DNA of 64,000 nt from Eledone cirrhosa (lineage: Eukaryota). The stretch is from assembly GCA_964016885.1 (NCBI GenBank), contig OZ024745.1, positions 78,492,001 to 78,556,000 of the forward strand, written 5' to 3'. Under the pieces are notes generated by a model that searched no databases, was not told the DNA's origin, and was given only the letters and a program-made list of their open reading frames with translations. This document shows, one piece after another, positions 52,982 to 64,000 of this stretch. Numbering within the stretch: position 1 is the stretch's first letter; each line of letters starts with the position of its first letter. The position numbers were made by a program, and so were the translations under genes.

Positions 52982-54394
52982 AGCGAGTATACCGCTTTGG
53001 AACAGAATTAATCGTTCCCTACTTCAAGGCGTTTGAGGGTCGCCTAACATTTGCCCGATTGAGCCACAATTTTGTACATCCCGTGTTTTTTTTAATTGAA
53101 ACAGGATTAGGGGATGGGAGCAGCAAACCTTTAACTTTCAGAAAATTACCTATTGCTAAGGTCCACCCTAATATATATATATATAAATATATATACACAC
53201 ACATACATATCTCCAGTTACTCGAAGAAGAGTGCCAAGTGACCTTTTCTGCAAAACACCACCAGTCTCATTGCTCAAGTGTCTGCACCCACTGTGAGATA
53301 CAGCTCCGGAATGGAATTGTGGTCTTTAAGAGATCTTAAGTACTTACAAATCCATGTTGTCTTCACACTCCGTTCGTTATCACATCCTAACTCAACACCC
53401 ACCCATATTACGTTACAAGATTTACCTCTCATCTGTTTGATGACACTCAGGTAGATGTAAATATCTGGCTTAATGAATTTCTGTTACAACTGGAAACATT
53501 TATCATTGAATATTTCCAGAAGATAAACATCATAATATAACAAAAGCAAAGATAGGACTCCTGTTGTATGCTGAAGATCATGAGTTGTTATCTTGAATAG
53601 CAAGCCTTTTCCCCGGGATTTATTCAGCCGCTTAATACGAGTATAAGTACCAGATCATCTGGGAATTACACTTGCGACAGACTGCCATAAAAAGTGGTTT
53701 ACATTATATCAGTCCATTTAACGCGATGAAGCTGGCGTTAAAACCAGCTTTCTAGAGTGTTTGTGGGGCTTCGAAGACGTTTATGTTCTTGATTTATGTC
53801 CAGATCTATGCTAAGTATTATATTTTTAATCCTTTCACCCTGTATTCCTTTTCAAAGAAACAGTAGATAACGCTATGCGTCGGTATTGAAATAACGTTTC
53901 TTTAACTCCTTTCACTCTACATTCAAAGGGACCATGGTTAACATCTGTTGACTGGTAAATAGAAAAATAATTATTGTATGTAACAGTTTTAGCATTAATA
54001 TTTGTTGTAGACCATAAATACTGTATTTAAATGGAATATTTGAATCCTTATTTTAGTTGGATGAGTTGATTCTTGATTTCATTTAAAAATATTAATATAT
54101 TGATACTTATCTACTATATGGTTATCAACATTGATCGATAACGTATAGCATTCAATAGTTTATGGTATTTAGTTTATAAAATATTATATTCGTAGATAAC
54201 ATCTTCCTAGGTTTAACTATACCTGTCTATTTACTGTTGTATCAGTTAAGTACTGAAATTTAATCGACCACACTACTTTCCAAAATTGATGGCTTTGTGC
54301 CAATGCTAGAAATCAATACTTATAGACCTTTCGTTTCCCCTCCCCACAAAATTATTGGACTTGTGCGTGAATCAGAAACCATTATTATCAGTTG

Positions 54395-54590
54395 GGCGTC
54401 GGACAACAGGATTTGGGGCATAGTGTTATGGCCCTTTACGTTCTGAGTTCAAATCTCGTCGAGGTTAACTTTGCCCTTCACCCTTACGGGGTCGATAAAA
54501 TAAAGTACCAGTCACGCACTGGGGTCGATTTAATCGACTTTTCCCCCAAAAAAAAATTGCTGGCCTTGTGCCTATATAAGAAACCATTAT
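54395..54590 (+). mobile_element. SINE family A
   Basis: GAGTTCAAATCTCGTCGAGG..CCTTACGGGGTCGATAAAATAAAGTACCAG. Confidence 0.82.
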
Positions 54591-55315
54591 TACCGCCACC
54601 ATCCTCACCACAACCATCATCGTCATCATCATGATCATCATCATAATCAACATTATCATATACACGTACACATTTAAACATATGAACGTGTATGTGTACG
54701 TGTGTGTTTGTCCACACACACGCATGTATAGTGTTGTGTGTGGTAAGATATGTGTATATCTGTTTGCATGCGCTTGTGTGTTTTCATGTATAAGGGAGGT
54801 AAAATATGTCACAGATACCTACACTTTAGTCTTAAGATTATAACTAAGTCGAGTAGATATACATTAGTAAATGCAAACAATGATCTAGGCATAGTATTGT
54901 AATGGCCTGTGGCAGAAATAGCCGTTAAGATTTGTTGATTCACTGCTATCAGTTAGAGTATCCATTTATGTGTGATATGGATTTACTGGGGTTCCATGAA
55001 TAAAAGCAAAAACTGGCTATACTTTTAATAGATATAACTGTTCACAAAGTTGAGATCGTTTACAATTTCCAAAATAGATGTTTACATGCCGACATGTCAA
55101 TTCATGCCGACATCAGCAACATGATGATGATGATGATGAAGTACAAATACTCTTAGGTTTATACACATACAACATGTCCACACACACAAGAATGAATATT
55201 CAGGAAAATAAAGAATTATGCCAATAACGTTTCAAGCTCAATGTAATTCCACAATCAGTAAGATACAACAAATCTTCTCATCACTGGAATAATCCGTAAG
55301 TAAATCCGACGAACC

Positions 55316-55487
55316 CAGTGCCGGATTTTGGACAAATGAGGCCCTGTGCTAGTTAAGTTATGAGGCTCCAAAAATTTGAAAAATTTATCGTAAAAGACTT
55401 TTTGGGTAGGAAAATAGGTCCCCCCCCCCCCAACCAACGGGGCCCAGTGCTTAAGCAAACCTAGGCACAATGGTAAATCCGGCACTG
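55316..55487. mobile_element. hAT-type MITE (172 bp)
   Basis: TIRs CAGTGCCGGATTT / AAATCCGGCACTG; 8-bp TSD GACGAACC (55308-55315) / GACGAACT (55488-55495). Confidence 0.88.
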
Positions 55488-55628
55488 GACGAACTGTATG
55501 AATATAGTGGTACAATGCACATAAATAATATACCGCAAAGCTTGTTGTCCGACGCTCTACCGAGACTGCCAACCCACCACCCTTACAGTACACATAAATG
55601 ATAATACACAAATTGCAGTTCGTGCATT

Positions 55629-55677
<49 letters not shown>

Positions 55678-58600
55678 GCGTGCGTGTGAACGTGCGTGTG
55701 TATATGCCAGTGTCTGTATGTGTGTTTAACTAATACCTTTAATTCACTTGACTTGAACGTAAATACATCCAGATGAAATCAAAGCTAACCACGAGCCCAA
55801 GCAAATGTAACACTTACTCAGTCACAGACCTTTAAAGGAAGAGTTAAACCACGCATGTCCTAATTATGTCACCATCTTCCGACAAAATGATAATCTGCAT
55901 CCATTATGCCTCCATTACACAATTGGTATGGAACTCGCGCACAACCAGTACTGCTCTTAGGAACTAGTACCGACGCAAACTCCTTACAAACCTGATCTGG
56001 TATACAGACACACACCAACCCTGCACCTAACCACTAGAACACGAACTGACCCGACCCAGCCGAGGCCCTCAGTCATCATCGAATAATTCAAACCTTTACT
56101 CACAAGACCAACTTGAGAGAGAATCATTAATTATCTGCAATGTACTTATATGTTTTCCCATTTGAGGAAAAATGAGTTCCGCAGGAGCATCATTAGACAT
56201 GACCTCTCTCATATCATTAAACGTTGCAGGTTTAAAATTGAAACGTCAATTAAGTTGTTATTACGTTGATTGTGTCTACACTACTTTGTTTTCTCTAAAG
56301 AAGAGCAGTGTTCAATGATCCGGAGCTATTTTCATTTTTCAGTTATAAAAATCTTAAAAGTAAAAGTACTCCAATTGTCCTTAAAGTTCCATTGTATTTG
56401 TCTATCTTCGCACAGGCTTCTTTCTGCCTTCAAAAGATAAAATTTTACACTGCATTCGAAAATCAACGGCCTCTTAAGGCTTATTTAATTTGAATATGTA
56501 GGTAACAGTCTGAAGAAGCAAAATCAGAACTATATGGTGGATGGTTTAATAACTAACGTTTAATAACTAACTATGTGAGCAGCATTACGATTACAGACAT
56601 TGCTGTTCAACAAAAGCTTTGTAACCTTATTCCTCGGCGTTTGCTTCAAACTACAGGTTTTAACTTGTCATACTAGACCTGTTATGTGCGTATGTTTCCA
56701 ACTGTAACTCCTAATGGAGTTGTTGGGGTGTTGTCGTGAAGGACGGCAAGCAAGGATGACATTGGTCGTAAAGAACATAACGAGACGTAACACATTCCGC
56801 AAAACATTTTGTCCTACGTTCTAACGATTCTTCAAATCCATTACCGTGACCATGGTTAACATAATAAAAACGGCAACGTAATTGACACTTCAAGTTCAAA
56901 TATACTCACTGGTGACAAAAGAGATACCACGTTTAGTCATGCCTACGCAACTTATTTTCCCATCAGTAGGAAAAATTGGGAAATATTATCAATTTACCCT
57001 CGTAAATATACATACATTTTACTTGCATACACGTATTCATACATACATAATGTCAATAAGCACACGCATGCACACATATATATATGGATTTCAAATATGT
57101 TTGCGTTTATGTATTTATGCATATATGCATGTATGTGTATGCATACATTTGTATATCTGTGTATGTGTGCGTGTATGTATGTATGTACGTATGTACGTGT
57201 TCATTACCATACACGCTCTACGTGTTTATAATTACATATATGAGCTTGAACTCAACTCTCGTGATCTTACATACGACAGTAATGACGGGAAGAAAACAGA
57301 ACAACTGTAATTACAAAAGTTTATACTGATGTTTATATTAGCTGAGTAAGTGAATACTATTATATAAGTAACTCTGACGATGCTATTATAGTTGCCTGTC
57401 GCGTGCTAAAAGCTTTAGATAAACGGATATTTGACAGGCAGGGATTTTCCGTCTCTTTTTAACTTGCATTGAGTCAATTTTCAAAATGTTTTCATAACGA
57501 GAGAAGTCTGGATGAAAGAAAGAGGTTGACGCCGAAAGATTACCGTATCTTCTAGTTTTATACATGTTAATATGGTTTTGTGGACGCAGCATGGTCTAAT
57601 GATTAAGGGGTTTACTTCGTAATCATTAGGTTAGAATGCACTAAATTATATCTTGAACATGTGCGATTTACTATAGCCTCGGCTCGACCAATGCCTTGTG
57701 AATGAAGCTGCTTGAAAGTCCGTTGGATGGACTTTGTTTGTAATCCACACAGCCAATCTTGTCATAGTGTCTCACACTAATCTTCCTCAGAATTACGCGG
57801 CTGTGTAATGTGCAGCGACATAGACGTTAATTTCACGAGGTGGCTGTTCCGTTGATCAAACAGTTGGCTTGCTCGTCGTCGAAACCGACGGAAGTCGATT
57901 CTGTTATGATTATAATATTAAACGGTGCTCTTAGTGTAGCAACTAAATTGTTTTTCTTAGAGAGAATTTGCTGTCATGTATCTTGCTTCAATTTTTAGTT
58001 ATTTTTATTTGTCTATTAATCTATAATTTATACATCAATTTTTTCTTTTATTTATTATCAATCAACACTTTTCTTCTAGTTTAATTATTTATTTACTAGC
58101 TACAGTTGTTCAGTTTCAGAAGTGTTTTTTGTGTGTTTCTTTACGCGATTCTGCCTAATGTTGCAATGATGATATTTCTTGTCAACAAATTATTCTTTAT
58201 CAATCAGTCCAGCCAAACATTTACGTGTTCAATTTGCTGTGATGTAGTTATTTCTGAAACCCCTTCACGTTTTTAGGCGGTAATCAATTAGTGGTCAGAT
58301 TGACATCGTCTTTACTTCCTGTATTCTGGCCGCAGAGCACAAATGTATTACATCAGTAAGAGATGAATTCTGCTGCATTGAACTGTCGGATATCTAGACT
58401 ATTGGGATCAGCTTGAAAAGTCTCCATCTACAAGGCGCTGCCTTTAGACACCACTGTTAGGAACGCCGTTAATTAGGGATATTTTCAGTTACGATCGTTA
58501 TTGTAAGTCGTCCCTCTAGATCCTCCCAGCTCTGTATAGCAAACATCGGTTTACACAATCATCTGCGAAGGCATAGATAAATTCAATGGAATTAAGTTCT

Positions 58601-61029
58601 CCATACCTAGATATACCAAAGATGATGACATGTTTCGACAATGCAGCTTTATCCAGCTAACACTTTTATAAACAATGTTTAGCATTAACCCCTAAACACA
58701 TGTCAATTCCACACAGTTTTAGTTTAATATTTAACTTAGCTGTCACTATATAGCTCGCACATGATAATATTCCGATCTACAAACCCCATAGCATTTTGAT
58801 ATGAGTATGCCAAGTATCTATTTTCTAGTATAATTGACTTTTGCTAATATATCGCATTGCTCTGGATAAGCAGCGTAAATCAGAGGTAAATTGCCGAATG
58901 GTTCTGACATGTTTCCTTCCTTCCTGGTCGAGCCATCTCACTTCTCTTCTTACGCTTCTTGTAATTTCCAGCCATGTTCTAGAAAGAACTCAACTCCTGT
59001 CTACTATGTTGATTTGCATGGAGTATACGTAATAGACATGAAATCTTTCTTTATGGTACAATTATGGTCGATTTAAAATTTACTTTTAGTTTTCTATCAT
59101 AACCAATCGTTTCCATACGTGTTAGTGTGTAAGGATGATAAAGTTGATATAAACAGAAAAGGCTCAGACTGTTGTTGGTTCAAGTCCTCCCAATCCTACT
59201 TCACCTTTAACCATTTCAGTTCAAGTAAATGAGAATCAGCCATATTCTCATTTATATGATATATATATTCGTATATATATATATATCATAGTATATACGA
59301 TTGTGTATACCTCATTAGTTAACGAAAGCGAATGTTAACTATCACTTTATGAAAAGAAATGATTATCTTAGAAATATCAGAAGATGGATTTGTCTTATTC
59401 AATGGTGAGCTAAACTAAATGCTTTCTAGTATCTATTTCCATAGTACCTTATTCTGAATTCAAGTAACACAGGTATTGGTATTGTGTAATATGTCCGGTA
59501 TAGATAACAACCAATATAATGTAGCCTGTTCTGATTAGGTTAAACATTTTAAATGATATATTTTTTAATGAACATTTGTGATAACTATATATATCATAAC
59601 TATATATATCATATTGCTCTAGCAATATGAAAATATTTTAATATAACAGCAGATTTGAACTTGCTTCACATTCTTCAAGTGTGGCTAAATCTTGGCGATT
59701 GCTGAATACATGTCAGTGGTGCTTTGGTTTCTTTTTAGATAAGATCTCTGTGTATGACCTTTTCAAATTATGAAGATACTTGTGGAAATTGTAGCCACTT
59801 ACATCATTTCCAAGAAAAGATTTGCGTCACTCCCAAGATCTTCAACTCGTTAAAAAGAACCAGGGAAGAAATAATGAAAATAAGAAGTTGTATTTTTATA
59901 CTTAATTCTGAATGAGCGGTAGTTGTATTTTAAATAGCAGCATAGTAACATAGTTAAAAAGGCCCACACACCTGTTATTTTTAGTGTAGGAGTGTTAGTG
60001 TTTCTATTAGTCAACATACAAAAGTCTACACAGTAAACGATATTCTGAATTCAGTTCTGTCTACTTAAAAGACCAGAAATGTCAACGACTTTCAGAATTA
60101 AAAGAATTCTAGCTTCTTTTGCTCTTAAAAATTAGGAGTTTTTAAGTATTCTATTTTTTTTTTTTTAATGTTCATTCAGTTGGTCTGAGTAATTTAATGT
60201 TAATAAGCCATACGTGTTTCTGTTCCGTAAATTACACATTTTAATCATTTTAATGTTCATTCTTCCCTTTTAAAACGTTTTTGGGCACAATTATTTTCTT
60301 ACTGCCCTATTTTACTTCGGAAAAATTCAATAAAGTTCGGTAAAATATTTCGGTACAAATATTCAAAAATTGACATTAATGGAATTTCTGTAACACAGAT
60401 ACTTCATTATTCAACCTTATGTGCTTTATTTATAAGTCTAAAACTGTTAAAATATGCGATATATCTATTGATTCTACTGTCGTAATCTAAGAACATTAGA
60501 AGAACATTAGTTGGAAATTATTTTTTTTATTTTATTTTCTCCCAGACTTTACTGATTGTATTTGCAATCTTGTTCGTATCGCGTTAAATTGGGTAGATTC
60601 ATTTATAAGGTTTCTCCATTGATATTTAGAGATTCTTCAGTTAATGAACTATTCAGATCGTTTTCGTCGTTATTTATATTTTAGAGAGATTTTAGCGTGT
60701 CTATTGCACTTTTCCAATGGCAAATATCACCTTATGGAAAAGATTGGCGAATAATTCTATACTTTTTTTTCCTTTTAAGTCATTCAGATTCTCTACCATC
60801 TAGATGGTGGATTCTCTGATAATAACCTGTTGACCTTTTTATAACGATTAACACCAAGCCACCGCAGAGACAAAAATTCTAGGACAAAACACTATATCTT
60901 TGAAATATTATCTTGACAGAGAATATCCTCCAGCATTTTTAGAAAGCGGAAAATTGATTCAGCTTAATAATTCTTAGTAAATAAAGTTCACATTCTTCTT
61001 AGAATTGCATAATAAAGTAGATAATAATC

Positions 61030-61285
61030 CCGGTACTGTGATCCGCTGTGCTGAGGAAAGGAAGATAAACAAATAGTGGGGAATGTCCAGCCGCTTCCTC
61101 TTCGCACCGGTGACCGTCGAGACCTAAGGCGTACTTGGACCCCGTACTGTCGAACTCCTCCACAAGATCGGAACGTCAGCGACCCATCTGAGGAAGGAGC
61201 TCCGCGAGATGGGGTGGCTGTTGCAGCGAGTGTCGTTGGCCATTGTCCGCGGGAATGTTTTTGCGCTCTTGTCCGCTTCCTCCTC
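61030..61285 (+). mobile_element. CRE-clade RLE fragment
   Basis: AEERKINK..FAPVTVET*GVLGP..WLLQRVSLAIVRGNVFALL. Confidence 0.8.
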
Positions 61286-61564
61286 CTCACTCTTCCGTGA
61301 CACTAGAGCCCTTGCCTTCCCCTTCCTTTTCCGTTTTTTTTTATATTTTTTTTATTTTACATTCTATTCTTCCTTCTCAATCTATTTTTTCTTTTTCTAT
61401 TAAATTTGTTTTTAATATTTTTTATCATTTATTGAATAAATTATAGCAATTATACTAGGAAAATATAACAAATAAAGTATTTGTTTAAAAGATGGATGAG
61501 AATAAACATTTAAAGGTACCAGAAGGATAGGACACAAGTACATACAATGAATGTAGAGTTAAAT

Positions 61565-61767
61565 AAATATTTCTAACTTAGGCACAAGTCCAGCAATCTG
61601 TGGATAGGAAAACGTCCATTATATCGATACCAGTATTTAACTGGTACTTTATTTTATCTACTCTGAAAAGTGAAAGGCAAAATTGATTTGAACTCAGAAC
61701 CTAAAGGGCCATAACTAAATGCCTCAAAACCTGTTGTCCGACGCTAAACTATTCTACCAATCCACTC
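61565..61767 (-). mobile_element. SINE family A (decayed)
   Basis: CTGGTACTTTATTTTATC..GAAAGGCAAA..TTTGAACTCAGAAC..TTGTCCGACGCT. Confidence 0.75.
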
Positions 61768-63019
61768 CCCTGGCACAGTGAATCAATAAGAGATGATTGT
61801 ACACATTGACAATTGTCAATGTATTTCTTCTGTTATTAGCTCTAATAAAGTGTACACTGCTTAAATTCTATTTAGTACTCACACTTCCGATATGACTCTG
61901 CTTCAGTTATATGCGTTCTTGCATCATGCACTTCTTAATAGTATTTTCAAAAACTGCTTCCTTTCATAGTTTTCTTTCATCATACCATCTAAAGTAATGT
62001 GTAAAATACATTTTATGCAATGGCACTTGAAATAAAAGCGTAGTTAGCACTCAGTTTCACTTTTGGTTGTAATCATTGTTCTTCACTTAATTAATTACGT
62101 GGTTATTGCTTATGACCAAAGCATAAATTCCCCAAAATGTCATGCCCCCATATATATCTTGTACGTAGATTTTAAAAAGTCGTTACATAAAACCATGCTC
62201 ATTTTAGAAACTATTTTGAATACTGCATTTTCTAGAGGTAAGTAAGTGTAGTTGATGCAGACAAAACCTGAACCATTCTATAAATGAATCTTCACCTATC
62301 TTTATATATCTACACTAAATTTCTAAAATATTCTCATATTATGAAAGTGTTTTGCTGCATTACAGATATATATAACGGTTTTCTTACAACTTTAACAAGG
62401 AAATGTTCAAATCAGGCAACGATATAAAATAAGTGAACGCATTTTAGTGGAGAATATTTAACGTGATAAGAACATCAAATTCCGGCTTCTTTTTATTAAT
62501 AGTAGTTCATACAATTTGACTAATGTTGTATTTATACACCAAAATGAGATCACAATCCATGTTTAGTCGATCAGAAATCTTTCTCTCGAAAATCTCCAAT
62601 ATTTCGTTTCCGTTAAACGTGATATAATGATAATTTCAGTTACAGTGTTTCTCTCACATCCACACGAATGTTTATTATAATGATCTCACTAAGTGCTCTT
62701 TGTTGTTCATATTATCATACCCTGTCCCACGCCATTGGGAAATATATTTTGTTTCAATTTGATTTACATGTTTTCCTTGTTTTTGTTATGCCTTTTTACA
62801 CGAAAAAACCCACACTGTTATATATTGACTTCGTTTATCTAAATTTAAGTGATTAGTATCAGGCTTTTCTGGTCAATTTCATTTACGGTAGACATATCTG
62901 AAAGGAAATTTGTCGCTACCCGTTACAGTAACTGAACGTAAACATCAGTATAATGAAAATTACAGTTCGTGAAAGCTTCTCCCTTCCTATCTACTCATAT
63001 ATAAGTCTAAAGTCTGTCT

Positions 63020-63220
63020 TAAACCAGAGGGCTCGTTAGGCAGGTGATTATCCCGTTTCATAGTGTGAAGCGACTGAGGATACAAGATATCCCCCTTAGA
63101 CAGGACGCCAGTCCATCGCAGGGTTAAACCACCAGTTATTGCTGGTACTGATTTACAGATGAGTATACTGGAGCAACGTGAAATTAAGTGTTTTGCTCAA
63201 GAACACACCGCGCAACCCAG
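63020..63220 (-). mobile_element. CORE/V-domain-type SINE fragment
   Basis: Minus strand: GTGTTCTTGAGCAAAACACTT..GCTCCAGT..CCTGCGATGGACTGGCGTCCTGTCTAAGGGGG. Confidence 0.7.
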
Positions 63221-63363
63221 ATTTCAAAGCATAAGCAAAGCGGAAGCTTCTAACTGTCGACAACGGTGAAGAATGCATCAAGCAGTGCAACGCATTGCTT
63301 ATGCCTTGAAACCTGAGGTAGCGTAATATATATTAGTGTATAAATCATTATATATATATATAT

Positions 63364-64000
63364 TAGGGTGTGCCATAAAAGGTAAGGTCACAATACTAAC
63401 GCTCCCTGTGTATTTTCCCAATATAAATGCCCCAATTGGTAAAATAAAACATATTTTGTATAAAATAAATTATTTTGAGCCTTGCCTATATCATGGTGAT
63501 TATAGTGGAAAGTGTGATTATGTTGCATGAAATCATGAAAATGTGAAACCAAATATGACCATACAATAATTGTTTATTTTATTAATCCATTATATTTAGT
63601 AAACCAGCTTTGAATATAAAGGCGTACAAGGAAGAAACAAGTTCAGTTAAGTTAACTCCAGTCATATTTTTTTTTTAGAGTTTCTTTTTTGAAATCCGGG
63701 ACCTTGCGACGATGAGCTTCGACTAATTGAAGAACACACTGCTTCTCCTCCTCATTCTTGGTGATGGCAACAAAATCAGTTATCAACTTGACTGCTCTCT
63801 CCGACAGATCGTTGACTATTTTGATATTGTGAACAACAGCACAGGCATTTTGATATGACGCTTGTGATGACCAAATTGCAGGTGACAGCTCAAGCCAAGT
63901 ATCGTCGAGACCAAGGAGATCGAACAGAAGCCTTGATTTATTCCCAACTAGATGAGGCAGCTTCGTGGACGACTTCAACTTGAGAAATACTGGAGCACCA
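63364..64000 (-). mobile_element. Terminus of a hATm-like DNA transposon (runs off the window)
   Basis: TAGGGTG terminus next to TA; transposase-like ORF pointing toward this end. Confidence 0.6.
63652..64000 (-). CDS. C-terminal part of a hAT(m)-like transposase (5'-incomplete)
   Basis: IKIVNDLSERAVKLITDF..ITKNEEEKQCVLQLVEAHRRKVP resembles the V.ND..ER.VKL dimerisation-region motif; no stops. Confidence 0.65.
   Translation of the reverse strand, partial: GAPVFLKLKSSTKLPHLVGNKSRLLFDLLGLDDTWLELSPAIWSSQASYQNACAVVHNIKIVNDLSERAVKLITDFVAITKNEEEKQCVLQLVEAHRRKVPDFKKETLKKKYDWS

Noticed and set aside
61803-61822. Perfect 20-bp palindrome ACATTGACAATTGTCAATGT
   Set aside because: Real but isolated and AT-rich, with no context suggesting a function.
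62169-62243. Candidate second exon ending at AG|GTAAGT
   Set aside because: Both nearby acceptors give an in-frame stop when joined in phase 2 to the 27138-27238 exon.

Overview
Eukaryotic, very AT-rich, repeat-saturated genomic DNA. The SINE families and heavy (TA)n/(CA)n load suggest a mollusc, probably an octopod cephalopod (inference only). Nearly all ORFs in the supplied track are microsatellite or antisense artefacts. Real content: (1) a near full-length CR1-superfamily LINE on the minus strand (~32405-36861; ORF1 with a Myb/SANT-like N-terminus and a CCCH finger, ORF2 APE+RT with one nonsense codon) and a second, 5'-truncated CR1-type LINE, both inside a ~10 kb TA-rich satellite; (2) many Penelope-like (PLE) remnants, one with a GIY-YIG fragment, usually next to (TA)n tracts, often as inverted repeats, and carrying about 11 recognisable type I hammerhead-ribozyme motifs plus several degenerate ones; (3) fragments of CRE-, HERO-, RTE- and Tx1-like LINEs, many tRNA-derived SINEs, a hAT MITE, a non-autonomous Helitron, the end of a hATm-like transposon and a 151-bp minisatellite; (4) one plausible host first exon encoding a signal peptide (27138-27238). 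Most notable: the dense and diverse hammerhead/fold-back system, and an HIV-type U_UUU_UUA slippery site that would fuse LINE ORF1 to an ORF2 with no upstream AUG. All calls are by eye; no searches or folding programs were run, and boundaries of decayed repeats are approximate.
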